64,000 bases of DNA from Eledone cirrhosa (taxonomy: Eukaryota). Location of the stretch: positions 9,486,001 to 9,550,000 of the forward strand of contig OZ024741.1 in NCBI GenBank assembly GCA_964016885.1, read 5' to 3'. The position numbers were made by a program, and so were the translations under genes. Of this stretch, positions 13,901 to 28,900 are shown piece after piece; within the stretch, counting starts at the first letter, position 1, and the number at the start of each line of letters is the position of its first letter. The notes beneath the pieces are model-generated. The model was not told the origin of the DNA. It saw only the letters and a list, made by a program, of their open reading frames with translations, and made no database searches.

Positions 13901-16900
13901 TATAAAGATACCACAGTGTTGAAACAAAAGATACCACAGTGATGAATCTAAAGGTATCACAGTTTTGAACCTAATGGTACCACAGTGTTGAAACTAAAAG
14001 TACCACAGTGTTGAAACTAAAGCTATTACAGTGTTGAAACTAAAGGTACCACAGTGTTGAAACTAAAGGTTCCACAGTGTTGTAACTTAAGGTACCACAA
14101 TGTTGAAAGTAAAGGTACCACAGTGTTGAAACTAAAGGTAACAGTGTGTTGTAATTAAATGTACCACAGTGTTGGAACTAAAGGTACCACAGTGTTGAAA
14201 CTAAAGAAATCACTGTGTCGAAACTAAAGGTACCACAGTGTTGAAACTAAAGGGACCATAGTGTTGAAACTAAAGGTACCACAGTGTTGAAACTAAAGCT
14301 ACCACAGTGTTGAAACTAAAGGGATCACAGTTTTGAAACTAAAGGTAATTGAGTGTTGAAACTAAAGGTACCACAGTGTTGAAACAAAAGGTACCACAGT
14401 GTTGAAACTAAAGGTAACAGTGTGTTGTAACTAAAGGTACCACAGTGTTGAAACTAAAGAAATCACAGTGTCGAAACTAAATGTACCACAGTGTTGAAAC
14501 TAAAGGGACCACAGTGTTGAAACTAAAGGTACCACAGTGTTGAAACTAAAGGTATCACAGTTTTGAAACTAAAGGTAGTTGAGTGTTGTAACTAAAGTTC
14601 CACAGTGTTGAAAATATAGGTACCACAGTGTTGAATCTGAAGGTACCACAGTGATGTAACTAATGGTACCATAGTGTTGAAACTAAAGTTACCACAGTGT
14701 TGAAACTAAAGATATCAGAGTGTTGAAACTAAATGTACCACAGTGTTGTAACTCAAGGTACCAGAGTGTTGAATCTAATGGTATCAGAATGTTGAAACTA
14801 AAGGTACCGCTGTGATGTAACTAAAAGTACCAGAGTGTTGAAACTAAAGGTACCACAGTGTTGTAACTAAATGTAACACAGTGCTCTAACTAGATGTAGC
14901 ACAGTGTTGAAACTAAAGGTATCAGAATGTTGAAACTAAAGGTACCACAGTGTTGAAACTAAAGGTAGCACAGTGTTGAAACTAAATGTACCACAGTGTT
15001 GAAACTAAAGGTACCACAGTGTTGTAACTAAGGGTATAACAGTGTTGAAACTAACGGTATGAGAGTATTGAAACTAAAGGTATCAGAGTGTTGAAACTAA
15101 AGGTACCACAGTGATGTAATTAAATGTACCACAGTGTTGAATCTAAAGGTACCACAGTGTTGAAACTAAAGGTACCACAGTGCTGTACCTAAATGTACCA
15201 CAGTGTTGAAACTAATGGTACCACAGTGTTGTAACTAAAGGTACAACAGTGTTGAAACTAAAGCTATTACAGTGTTGAAACTAAAGGTACCACAGTGTTG
15301 AAACTAAATGTACCACAGTGTTGAAACTAGAGGTACCACAGTGTTTAAACTAAAGGTATCAGAGTGTTGAAACTAAAGGTACCACAGTGATGTAACTAAA
15401 TGTAAAACAGTGTTGAATCTAAAGGTACCACACTGTTGAAACTAAAGGTACCACAGTGTTGAAACTAAAGGTACCACAGTCTTGAAACTAAAGGTATCAG
15501 AAGGTTGTAATTAAAGGTACCACAGTGTTGTAACTAAAGGTACCACAGTGATGTAACTAAATGTAACACAATGTTGAATCTAAAGGTACCACAGTGTTGA
15601 AACTAAAGGTATCACAGTGTTGAAACTAAAGGTACCACAGTGGTGAAACTAAAGGTACCACAGTGTTGAAACTGAAGGTACCACGGTGTTGAAACTAAAG
15701 GTATCAGAGTGTTGAAACTAAAGGTACCACATTTTAAAACTAAAAGTACCACATTGTTGTAACTAAAGGTACCACAGTGTTGAAACTAAAGCTATCAGAG
15801 TGTTGAAACTAAAGTTACCACAGTGATGTAACTAAATGTACCAGAGTTTTGAAACTAAAGGTACCACAATGATGAAACTAAATGTACCAGGGTGTTGAAA
15901 CTAAAGGTACCACAGTGTTGTAACTAAAGGTACCACAGTGTTGTAACTAAAGGTACCACAGTGTTGAAACTAAAGGTACCAAAGTGTTGCAACTAAAGGT
16001 ACCACAGTGTTGAAACAAGAAGTACCACAGTGTTGTAAGTAAAGGTACCACAGTATTGTAACTAAAGATTCCACTGTGTTGAAACTAAAGGTATCAGAGT
16101 GTTTAAACTAAAAGTACCACAGAGTTGAATCTAAAGTTATCACAGGGTTGAAACTAAAGCTACCACAGTGTTGAAACTAAAGTACCACAGTTTTGAAACT
16201 AAAAGTATCACAGTGTTGAAATTAAAGTACCACAGTGCTGAAACTAAATGTACCACAGTGTTGGAAGTAAAGTTACCACAGTGTTGTAACTAAAGGTACC
16301 ACAGTGTTGAAACTAAAGGTACCAAAGTATTGAAACTAAAGGTACTACAGTTTTGAAAGTAAATGTTCCACAGTGTTGAGACTAAAGGTACCAGAGTGTT
16401 GAAACTAAAGGTATCACAGTGTTGAAACTAAAGGTACCACAGTGTTGAAACTAAAGGTATCACAGTGTTGAAGCTAAAGGTATCAGAGTGTTGAAACTAA
16501 AGGTACCACAGTGTTGAAACGAAAGGTACCACAGTGTTGAAACTAAAGGTATCAGAGTGTTGAAACTAAAGGTACCACAGTGATGTATCTAAATGTACCA
16601 GAGTGTTGAAACTAAATGTATCAGATTGTTGAAATTAAAGGTACCACTGTGTTGAAACTAAAGGTACCACAGTGTTGAAATGAAAGGTACCACAGTGTTG
16701 AAACTAAAGGTAATAGAGTGTTGTAACTAAAGGTACCACAGTGTTGAAACTAAAGGTATCAGAACGTTGAAACAAAATCTACCACAATGATGTAACTAAG
16801 TGTACCAGAGTCTTGAAACTAAGGGTACCACAGTGATGAAACTAAATGTACCAGAGTGTTGTAACTAAAGGTACAACAGTGTTGAAATTAAAGGTACCAC

Positions 16901-17700
16901 AGTGTTGAAACTAAAGGTATCACAGTGTTGAAACTAAAGGTACCACAGTGTTGAAACTAAAGGTACCATGGTGTTGTAACTAAAGGTACCACAGTGTTGA
17001 AACGAAATGTACCACAGTGTTGAAACTAAAGGTATCAGAGTGTTGAAATTAAAGGTACCACAGTGATGTATCTAAATGTACCAGAGTTTTGAAACTAAAG
17101 GAATCAGATTGTTGAAACTAAAGGTATCAGATTGTTGAAACTAAAGGTACTACAGTGATGTAACTAAAGGTACCACAGTGTTGAAACCAACGGTACCACA
17201 GTGTTGTAACTAAAGGTACCACAGCGTTGTAACTAAAGGTAATAGAGTGTTGAAACTAAAGGTTCCACAGTGTTGAAACTAAAGGTACCACTGTGTTGAA
17301 AATAAAGGTACCACAGTGTTGAAATTAAAGGTACCACAGTGTTGAAACTAAATGTAATAGAGCGTTGTAACTAAAGGTACCACAGTGTTGAAACTAAACG
17401 TATCATAGCGTTGAAACAAAATCTACCACAATGATGTAACTAAGTGTACCAGAGTCTTGAAACTAAGGGTAGCACAGTGATGAAACTAAATGTACCAGAG
17501 TGTTGTAACTAAAGGTACAACAGTGTTGAAATTAATAGGTACCACAGTGTTGAAACTAAAGGTATCACAGTGTTGAAACTAAAGGTACCACAGTGTTGAA
17601 ACTAAAGGTACCACAGTGTTGAAACTAAAGGTATAACAGTGTTGAAACTAAAGGTACCACAGTGATCTAACTAAAGGTACCACAGTGTTGAAACTAAAGG
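7970..17700. repeat. Tandem duplication of about 4.8-4.9 kb (about 7970-12895 and about 12896-17700)
   Basis: Shared rare variants: TGTGACTAAAGAT (offset 4920), CTAGAGGCAC 8821/13764, GAAATCACTG 9447/14206, GAAACAAGAAG 11185/16012, AATTAATAGG about 12726/17530. Offset changes are consistent with gain or loss of whole monomers. Confidence 0.85.
8870..9370. repeat. Local tandem duplication of 253 bp (11 monomers)
   Basis: AATATAAAGG at 8887 and 9140 is followed by an identical variant series. The block is single-copy in the paralogous regions near 13.9 and 22.5 kb. Confidence 0.85.
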
Positions 17701-19949
17701 TATCACAATGTTGAAACTAAAGCTACCACAGTATTGAAACTAAAGTACCACAGTGTTGAAACTAAAGGTATCACAGTTTTGAAACTAAAGTACCACAGTG
17801 TTGAAACTAAAGTACCAGAGTGTTGAAACTAAAGGTACCACAGTGTTGAAACTAAAGGTACCACAGTGTTGAAACTAAAGGTATCAGAGTGTTGAAACTA
17901 AAGGTACCACAGTGTTGAAACTAAAGGTACCACGGTGGTGAACCTAAAGGTTCCACAGTGATGTAACTGAAGGTACCACAGTGTTGAATCTAAAGGTATC
18001 AGAGTGTTGAAACTAAAGGTATCAGAATGTTGTAACTAAAGTTACCACAGTGTTGAAATTAAAGATGTCACAGTGTTGAAACTAAAGGTACCACAGTGTT
18101 GAAACTAAAGGTGCCACAGTATTGTAACTAAAGGTACCACAGTGTTGTAACTAAGTGTACAATAGTGTTGAAACTAATGGTACCACAGTGTTGTAACTAA
18201 AGGTACGACAGTGTTCAAACTAAAGGTACCACAATGTTGTAACTAAATGTACCACAGTTTTGAAACTAACGCTATCAGAATGTTGAAACTAAAGGTACCA
18301 CAGTGTTGAAACTAAAGGTATCAGAGTGTTGAAACTAAAGGTACCACAGTCTTGAAACTAAAGGTACCACAGTCTTGGAACTAAAGGTATCAGAGTGTTG
18401 AAACTAAAGGTACCACGGTGGTGAAACTAAAGGTACCACAGTGTTGTAACTAAAGGTACCACAGTGTTGTAACTAATGGTACCACAGTGTTGTAACTAAA
18501 GATACCACAGTGTTGAAACTGAAGGTACCACACTGTTGAAACGAATGATACCACAGTGTTGAAACTAAAGGTATCACAGTTTTGAAACTAAAGTACCACA
18601 GTGTTGAAACTAAAGTACCAGAGTGTTGAAACTAAAGGTACCACAGTGTTGAAACTAAAGGTACCACAGTGTTGAATCTAAAGGTATCACAGTGTTGAGA
18701 CTAAAGGTACCACAGTGCTGAAACTAAAGGTATCACAGTGTTGAAACTAAAGGTACAACGGTGTTGAAACTAAAGGTATCAGAGTGTTGAAACTAAGGGT
18801 ACCACAGTGTTGAAACTAAAAGTACCACAGTGTTGTAACTAAAGGTACCACAGTGTTGAAACTAAAGCTATCAGAGTGTTGAAACTAAAGGTACCACATT
18901 GATGTAACTAAATGTACCAGAGTGTTGAAACTAAAGGTACCACAGTATTGAAATTAAAGTTACCAGAGTGTTGAAACTAAAGGTATCACAGTGTTGAAAC
19001 TAAAGGTATCACAGTGTTGAAGCTAAAGGTATCAGAGTGTTGAAACTAAAGGTACCACAGTGATGTATCTAAATGTACCAGAGTGTTGAAACTAAAGGTA
19101 TCAGATTGTTGAAACTAAAGGTATCAGATTGTTGAAACTAAAGGTACCACAGTGATGTAACTAAAAGGTACCACAGTGTTGAAACCAACGGTACCACAGT
19201 GTTGTAACTAAAGGTACCACAGTGTTGTAACTAAAGGTAATAGAGTCTTGAAACTAAAGGTAATAGAGTCTTGAAACTAAAGGTTCCACAGTGTTGAAAC
19301 TAAAGGTACCACTGTGTTGAAACTAAAGGTACCACAGTGTTGAAATTAAAGGTACCACAGTGTTGAAACTAAAGGTAATAGAGTGTTGTAACTAAATGTA
19401 CCACAGTGTTGAAACTAAAGGTATCAGTGCGTTGAAACAAAATCTACCACAATGATGTAACTAAGTGTACCAGAGTCTTGAAACTAAGGGTACCACAATG
19501 ATGAAATTAAATGTACCAGAGTGCTGAAACTAAAGGTACAACAGTGTTGAAATTAAAGGTACCACAGTGTTGAAACTAAAGGTATCAGAGCGTTCAAACA
19601 AAATCTACCACAATGATGTAACTAAGTGTACCAGAGTCTTGAAACTAAGTGTACCACAGTGATGAAACTAATGGTATAACAGTGTTGAAACTAAAGGTAC
19701 AACAGTGTTGAAATTAAAGGTACCACAGTGTTGAAACTAAAGGTATCACATTGTTGAAACTAAAGGTACCACAGTGTTGAAACTAAAGGTACCACAGTGT
19801 TGAAACTAAAGGTATAACAGTGTTGAAACTAAAGGTACCACAGTGATCTAACTAAAGGTACCAGAGTGTTGAAACTAAAGGTACCATGGTGTTGTAACTA
19901 AAGATACCACAGTGTTGTAATTAAAGGTACCGCAGTGTTGAAACTAAAG
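11355..19949. repeat. Copy 1 of a near-identical 8,595-bp tandem duplication
   Basis: Constant offset of 8595 at several markers: CCGTT 11661/20256, CTAGAGG 13764/22359, CTAACGGTATGAG 15051/23646, GAAACAAGAAG 16012/24607. Confidence 0.93.
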
Positions 19950-22900
19950 GTACCACAGTTTTGAAACTAAAAGTATCACAGTGTTGAAATTAAAGTACCA
20001 CAGTGCTGAAACTAAATGTACCACAGTGTTGAAAGTAAAGTTACCACATTGTTGTAACTAAAGGTACCACAGTGTTGAAACTAAAGGTACCAAAGTATTG
20101 AAACTAAAGGTACTACAGTTTTGAAAGTAAATGTTCCACAGTGTTGAGACTAAAGGTACCAGAGTGTTGAAACTAAAGGTATCACAGTGTTGAAACTAAA
20201 GGTACCACAGTGTTGAAACTAAAGGTACCACAGTTTTGAAACTAAAGGTACTACACCGTTGAAACTAAAGGTATCAGTGTGTTGAAAATTAAGGTACCAC
20301 AATGTTAAAAATTAAGGTACCACAGTGTTGAAGCTAAAGGTATCACAGTGTTGAAGCTAAAGGTATCAGAGTGTTGAAACTAAAGGTAGCACAGTGTTGA
20401 AACTAAATGTACCACAGTGTTGAAACTAAAGGTACCACATTGATGTATCTAAATGTACCAGAGTGTTGAAACTAAAGGTATCAGATTGTTGAAACTAAAG
20501 GTACCACTGTGTTGACACTAAAGGTACCACAGTGTTGAAATGAAAGGTACCACAGTGTTGAAACTAAAGGTATCAGAGCGTTGAAACAAAATCTACCACA
20601 ATGATGTAACTAAGTGTACCAGAGTTTTGAAACTAAGGGTACCACAGTGATGAAACTAAATGTACCAGAGTGTTGTAACTAAAGGTACAACAGTGTTGAA
20701 ATTAAAGGTACCACAGTGTTGAAACTAAAGGTATCACAGTGTTGAAACTAAAGGTACCATGGTGTTGTAAGTAAAGGTACCACAGTGTTGAAACGAAAGG
20801 TACCACAGTGTTGAAACTAAAGGTATCAGAGTGTTGAAATTAAAGGTACCACAGTGATGTATCTAAATGTACCAGAGTTTTGAAACTAAAGGAATCAGAT
20901 TGTTGAAACTAAAGGTATCAGATTGTTGAAACTAAAGGTACTACAGTGATGTAACTAAAGGTACCACAGTGTTGAAACCAACGGTACCACAGTGTTGTAA
21001 CTAAAGGTACCACAGCGTTGTAACTAAAGGTAATAGAGTGTTGAAACTAAAGGTTCCACAGTGTTGAAACTAAAGGTACCACTGTGTTGAAAATAAAGGT
21101 ACAACAGTTTTGAAATTAAAGGTACCACAGTGTTGAAACTAAATGTAATAGAGCGTTGTAACTAAAGGTACCACAGTGTTGAAACTAAAGGTATCATAGC
21201 GTTGAAACAAAATCTACCACAATGATGTAACTAAGTGTACCAGAGTCTTGAAACTAAGGGTAGCACAGTGATGAAACTAAATGTACCAGAGTGTTGTAAC
21301 TAAAGGTACAACAGTGTTGAAATTAATAGGTACCACAGTGTTGAAACTAAAGGTATCACAGTGTTGAAACTAAAGGTACCACAGTGTTGAAACTAAAGGT
21401 ACCACAGTGTTGAAACTAAAGGTATAACAGTGTTGAAACTAAAGGTACCACAGTGATCTAACTAAAGGTACCACAGTGTTGAAACTAAAGGTACCACAGT
21501 GTTGTGACTAAAGATACCACAGTTTTGAAACTAAAGGTACCACAGTGTTGAAACTAATGATACCACAGTGTTGAAACTAAAGGTACCACAGTGTTGAATC
21601 TAAAGCTATCACAGTGTTGAGACTAAAGGTACCACAGTGTTGAAACTAAAGGTACCACAGTGTTGAAACTAAAGGTACCACGGTGTTGAAACTAAAGGTA
21701 TCAGAGTGTTGAAACTAAAGGTACCACAGTGTTGAAACTAAAAGTACCACAGTGTTGTAACTAAATATACCACAATGTTGAAACTAATGCTATCAGAGTG
21801 TTGAAACTAAAGGTACCACAGTGATGTAACTAAATGTACCAGAGTGTTGAAACTGAAGGTACCACAGTGTTGAAATTAAAGTTACCACAGTGTTGAAACT
21901 AAAGGTATCACAGTGTTGAAACTAAAGGTACCACAGTGTTGAAACTAAAGGTACCACAGTGTTGAAACTAAAGGTATCACAGTGTTGAAACTAAAGGTAT
22001 CACAGTGTTGAAATTAAAGGTACCACAGTGTTGAAACTAAAGGTACCACAGTGTTGAAACTAACGGTATCACAGTGTTGAAACTAAAGGTACCACAGTGA
22101 TGTAACTAAAGGTACCACAGTGTTGAAACTAAAGGTACCCCACTCTTGAAACTAAAGGTATCAGAAGGGTGTAATTAAAGGTACCACAGTGTTGTAACTA
22201 AAGATACCACAGTGTTGAAACTAAAGGTACGACAGTGTTGAAAATAAATGTACCAGAGTGTTGAAACTAATGGTTCCACATTGTTGAAACTAAAGGTACC
22301 ACAGTGATGTAACTAAATGTACCAGAGTGTTGAAACTAAAGGTACCACAGTGATGAAACTAGAGGCACCACAGTCTTCAAACTAAAGATACCACGATGTT
22401 GTAACTAAATGTACCACAGTGTTGAAACTAAAGGTACCGCAGTGTTGAAACTAAAGGTACCACAATGTTGTAACTAAAGGTACCACAGTGTTGAATATAA
22501 AGATACCACAGTGTTGAAACAAAAGATACCACAGTGATGAATCTAAAGGTATCACAGTTTTGAACCTAATGGTACCACAGTGTTGAAACTAAAAGTACCA
22601 CAGTGTTGAAACTAAAGCTATTACAGTGTTGAAACTAAAGGTACCACAGTGTTGAAACTAAAGGTTCCACAGTGTTGTAACTTAAGGTACCACAATGTTG
22701 AAAGTAAAGGTACCACAGTGTTGAAACTAAAGGTAACAGTGTGTTGTAATTAAATGTACCACAGTGTTGGAACTAAAGGTACCACAGTGTTGAAACTAAA
22801 GAAATCACTGTGTCGAAACTAAAGGTACCACAGTGTTGAAACTAAAGGGACCATAGTGTTGAAACTAAAGGTACCACAGTGTTGAAACTAAAGCTACCAC

Positions 22901-25900
22901 AGTGTTGAAACTAAAGGGATCACAGTTTTGAAACTAAAGGTAATTGAGTGTTGAAACTAAAGGTACCACAGTGTTGAAACAAAAGGTACCACAGTGTTGA
23001 AACTAAAGGTAACAGTGTGTTGTAACTAAAGGTACCACAGTGTTGAAACTAAAGAAATCACAGTGTCGAAACTAAATGTACCACAGTGTTGAAACTAAAG
23101 GGACCACAGTGTTGAAACTAAAGGTACCACAGTGTTGAAACTAAAGGTATCACAGTTTTGAAACTAAAGGTAGTTGAGTGTTGTAACTAAAGTTCCACAG
23201 TGTTGAAAATATAGGTACCACAGTGTTGAATCTGAAGGTACCACAGTGATGTAACTAATGGTACCATAGTGTTGAAACTAAAGTTACCACAGTGTTGAAA
23301 CTAAAGATATCAGAGTGTTGAAACTAAATGTACCACAGTGTTGTAACTCAAGGTACCAGAGTGTTGAAACTAATGGTATCAGAATGTTGAAACTAAAGGT
23401 ACCGCTGTGATGTAACTAAAAGTACCAGAGTGTTGAAACTAAAGGTACCACAGTGTTGTAACTAAATGTAACACAGTGCTCTAACTAGATGTAGCACAGT
23501 GTTGAAACTAAAGGTATCAGAATGTTGAAACTAAAGGTACCACAGTGTTGAAACTAAAGGTAGCACAGTGTTGAAACTAAATGTACCACAGTGTTGAAAC
23601 TAAAGGTACCACAGTGTTGTAACTAAGGGTATAACAGTGTTGAAACTAACGGTATGAGAGTATTGAAACTAAAGGTATCAGAGTGTTGAAACTAAAGGTA
23701 CCACAGTGATGTAATTAAATGTACCACAGTGTTGAATCTAAAGGTACCACAGTGTTGAAACTAAAGGTACCACAGTGCTGTACCTAAATGTACCACAGTG
23801 TTGAAACTAATGGTACCACAGTGTTGTAACTAAAGGTACAACAGTGTTGAAACTAAAGCTATTACAGTGTTGAAACTAAAGGTACCACAGTGTTGAAACT
23901 AAATGTACCACAGTGTTGAAACTAGAGGTACCACAGTGTTTAAACTAAAGGTATCAGAGTGTTGAAACTAAAGGTACCACAGTGATGTAACTAAATGTAA
24001 AACAGTGTTGAATCTAAAGGTACCACACTGTTGAAACTAAAGGTACCACAGTGTTGAAACTAAAGGTACCACAGTCTTGAAACTAAAGGTATCAGAAGGT
24101 TGTAATTAAAGGTACCACAGTGTTGTAACTAAAGGTACCACAGTGATGTAACTAAATGTAACACAATGTTGAATCTAAAGGTACCACAGTGTTGAAACTA
24201 AAGGTATCACAGTGTTGAAACTAAAGGTACCACAGTGGTGAAACTAAAGGTACCACAGTGTTGAAACTGAAGGTACCACGGTGTTGAAACTAAAGGTATC
24301 AGAGTGTTGAAACTAAAGGTACCACATTTTAAAACTAAAATTACCACATTGTTGTAACTAAAGGTACCACAGTGTTGAAACTAAAGCTATCAGAGTGTTG
24401 AAACTAAAGTTACCACAGTGATGTAACTAAATGTACCAGAGTTTTGAAACTAAAGGTACCACAATGATGAAACTAAATGTACCAGGGTGTTGAAACTAAA
24501 GGTACCACAGTGTTGTAACTAAAGGTACCACAGTGTTGTAACTAAAGGTACCACAGTGTTGAAACTAAAGGTACCAAAGTGTTGCAACTAAAGGTACCAC
24601 AGTGTTGAAACAAGAAGTACCACAGTGTTGTAAGTAAAGGTACCACAGTATTGTAACTAAAGATTCCACTGTGTTGAAACTAAAGGTATCAGAGTGTTTA
24701 AACTAAAAGTACCACAGAGTTGAATCTAAAGTTATCACAGGGTTGAAACTAAAGCTACCACAGTGTTGAAACTAAAGTACCACAGTTTTGAAACTAAAAG
24801 TATCACAGTGTTGAAATTAAAGTACCACAGTGCTGAAACTAAATGTACCACAGTGTTGGAAGTAAAGTTACCACAGTGTTGTAACTAAAGGTACCACAGT
24901 GTTGAAACTAAAGGTACCAAAGTATTGAAACTAAAGGTACTACAGTTTTGAAAGTAAATGTTCCACAGTGTTGAGACTAAAGGTACCAGAGTGTTGAAAC
25001 TAAAGGTATCACAGTGTTGAAACTAAAGGTACCACAGTGTTGAAACTAAAGGTATCACAGTGTTGAAGCTAAAGGTATCAGAGTGTTGAAACTAAAGGTA
25101 CCACAGTGTTGAAACGAAAGGTACCACAGTGTTGAAACTAAAGGTATCAGAGTGTTGAAACTAAAGGTACCACAGTGATGTATCTAAATGTACCAGAGTG
25201 TTGAAACTAAATGTATCAGATTGTTGAAATTAAAGGTACCACTGTGTTGAAACTAAAGGTACCACAGTGTTGAAATGAAAGGTACCACAGTGTTGAAACT
25301 AAAGGTAATAGAGTGTTGTAACTAAAGGTACCACAGTGTTGAAACTAAAGGTATCAGAACGTTGAAACAAAATCTACCACAATGATGTAACTAAGTGTAC
25401 CAGAGTCTTGAAACTAAGGGTACCACAGTGATGAAACTAAATGTACCAGAGTGTTGTAACTAAAGGTACAACAGTGTTGAAATTAAAGGTACCACAGTGT
25501 TGAAACTAAAGGTATCACAGTGTTGAAACTAAAGGTACCACAGTGTTGAAACTAAAGGTACCATGGTGTTGTAACTAAAGGTACCACAGTGTTGAAACGA
25601 AATGTACCACAGTGTTGAAACTAAAGGTATCAGAGTGTTGAAATTAAAGGTACCACAGTGATGTATCTAAATGTACCAGAGTTTTGAAACTAAAGGAATC
25701 AGATTGTTGAAACTAAAGGTATCAGATTGTTGAAACTAAAGGTACTACAGTGATGTAACTAAAGGTACCACAGTGTTGAAACCAACGGTACCACAGTGTT
25801 GTAACTAAAGGTACCACAGCGTTGTAACTAAAGGTAATAGAGTGTTGAAACTAAAGGTTCCACAGTGTTGAAACTAAAGGTACCACTGTGTTGAAAATAA

Positions 25901-28900
25901 AGGTACCACAGTGTTGAAATTAAAGGTACCACAGTGTTGAAACTAAATGTAATAGAGCGTTGTAACTAAAGGTACCACAGTGTTGAAACTAAACGTATCA
26001 TAGCGTTGAAACAAAATCTACCACAATGATGTAACTAAGTGTACCAGAGTCTTGAAACTAAGGGTAGCACAGTGATGAAACTAAATGTACCAGAGTGTTG
26101 TAACTAAAGGTACAACAGTGTTGAAATTAATAGGTACCACAGTGTTGAAACTAAAGGTATCACAGTGTTGAAACTAAAGGTACCACAGTGTTGAAACTAA
26201 AGGTACCACAGTGTTGAAACTAAAGGTATAACAGTGTTGAAACTAAAGGTACCACAGTGATCTAACTAAAGGTACCACAGTGTTGAAACTAAAGGTATCA
26301 CAATGTTGAAACTAAAGCTACCACAGTATTGAAACTAAAGTACCACAGTGTTGAAACTAAAGGTATCACAGTTTTGAAACTAAAGTACCACAGTGTTGAA
26401 ACTAAAGTACCAGAGTGTTGAAACTAAAGGTACCACAGTGTTGAAACTAAAGGTACCACAGTGTTGAAACTAAAGGTATCAGAGTGTTGAAACTAAAGGT
26501 ACCACAGTGTTGAAACTAAAGGTACCACGGTGGTGAACCTAAAGGTTCCACAGTGATGTAACTGAAGGTACCACAGTGTTGAATCTAAAGGTATCAGAGT
26601 GTTGAAACTAAAGGTATCAGAATGTTGTAACTAAAGTTACCACAGTGTTGAAATTAAAGATGTCACAGTGTTGAAACTAAAGGTACCACAGTGTTGAAAC
26701 TAAAGGTGCCACAGTATTGTAACTAAAGGTACCACAGTGTTGTAACTAAGTGTACAATAGTGTTGAAACTAATGGTACCACAGTGTTGTAACTAAAGGTA
26801 CGACAGTGTTCAAACTAAAGGTACCACAATGTTGTAACTAAATGTACCACAGTTTTGAAACTAACGCTATCAGAATGTTGAAACTAAAGGTACCACAGTG
26901 TTGAAACTAAAGGTATCAGAGTGTTGAAACTAAAGGTACCACAGTCTTGAAACTAAAGGTACCACAGTCTTGGAACTAAAGGTATCAGAGTGTTGAAACT
27001 AAAGGTACCACGGTGGTGAAACTAAAGGTACCACAGTGTTGTAACTAAAGGTACCACAGTGTTGTAACTAATGGTACCACAGTGTTGTAACTAAAGATAC
27101 CACAGTGTTGAAACTGAAGGTACCACACTGTTGAAACGAATGATACCACAGTGTTGAAACTAAAGGTATCACAGTTTTGAAACTAAAGTACCACAGTGTT
27201 GAAACTAAAGTACCAGAGTGTTGAAACTAAAGGTACCACAGTGTTGAAACTAAAGGTACCACAGTGTTGAATCTAAAGGTATCACAGTGTTGAGACTAAA
27301 GGTACCACAGTGCTGAAACTAAAGGTATCACAGTGTTGAAACTAAAGGTACAACGGTGTTGAAACTAAAGGTATCAGAGTGTTGAAACTAAGGGTACCAC
27401 AGTGTTGAAACTAAAAGTACCACAGTGTTGTAACTAAAGGTACCACAGTGTTGAAACTAAAGCTATCAGAGTGTTGAAACTAAAGGTACCACATTGATGT
27501 AACTAAATGTACCAGAGTGTTGAAACTAAAGGTACCACAGTATTGAAATTAAAGTTACCAGAGTGTTGAAACTAAAGGTATCACAGTGTTGAAACTAAAG
27601 GTATCACAGTGTTGAAGCTAAAGGTATCAGAGTGTTGAAACTAAAGGTACCACAGTGATGTATCTAAATGTACCAGAGTGTTGAAACTAAAGGTATCAGA
27701 TTGTTGAAACTAAAGGTATCAGATTGTTGAAACTAAAGGTACCACAGTGATGTAACTAAAAGGTACCACAGTGTTGAAACCAACGGTACCACAGTGTTGT
27801 AACTAAAGGTACCACAGTGTTGTAACTAAAGGTAATAGAGTCTTGAAACTAAAGGTAATAGAGTCTTGAAACTAAAGGTTCCACAGTGTTGAAACTAAAG
27901 GTACCACTGTGTTGAAACTAAAGGTACCACAGTGTTGAAATTAAAGGTACCACAGTGTTGAAACTAAAGGTAATAGAGTGTTGTAACTAAATGTACCACA
28001 GTGTTGAAACTAAAGGTATCAGTGCGTTGAAACAAAATCTACCACAATGATGTAACTAAGTGTACCAGAGTCTTGAAACTAAGGGTACCACAATGATGAA
28101 ATTAAATGTACCAGAGTGCTGAAACTAAAGGTACAACAGTGTTGAAATTAAAGGTACCACAGTGTTGAAACTAAAGGTATCAGAGCGTTCAAACAAAATC
28201 TACCACAATGATGTAACTAAGTGTACCAGAGTCTTGAAACTAAGTGTACCACAGTGATGAAACTAATGGTATAACAGTGTTGAAACTAAAGGTACCACAG
28301 TGATCTAACTAAAGTTACCACAGTGTTGAAATTAAAGATGTCACAGTGTTGAAACTAAAGGTACCACAGTGTTGAAACTAAAGGTGCCACAGTATTGTAA
28401 CTAAAGGTACCACAGTGTTGTAACTAAGTGTACAATAGTGTTGAAACTAATGGTACCACAGTGTTGTAACTAAAGGTACGACAGTGTTCAAACTAAAGGT
28501 ACCACAATGTTGTAACTAAATGTACCACAGTTTTGAAACTAACGCTATCAGAATGTTGAAACTAAAGGTACCACAGTGTTGAAACTAAAGGTATCAGAGT
28601 GTTGAAACTAAAGGTACCACAGTCTTGAAACTAAAGGTACCACAGTCTTGGAACTAAAGGTATCAGAGTGTTGAAACTAAAGGTACCACGGTGGTGAAAC
28701 TAAAGGTACCACAGTGTTGTAACTAAAGGTACCACAGTGTTGTAACTAATGGTACCACAGTGTTGTAACTAAAGATACCACAGTGTTGAAACTGAAGGTA
28801 CCACACTGTTGAAACGAATGATACCACAGTGTTGAAACTAAAGGTATCACAGTTTTGAAACTAAAGTACCACAGTGTTGAAACTAAAGTACCAGAGTGTT

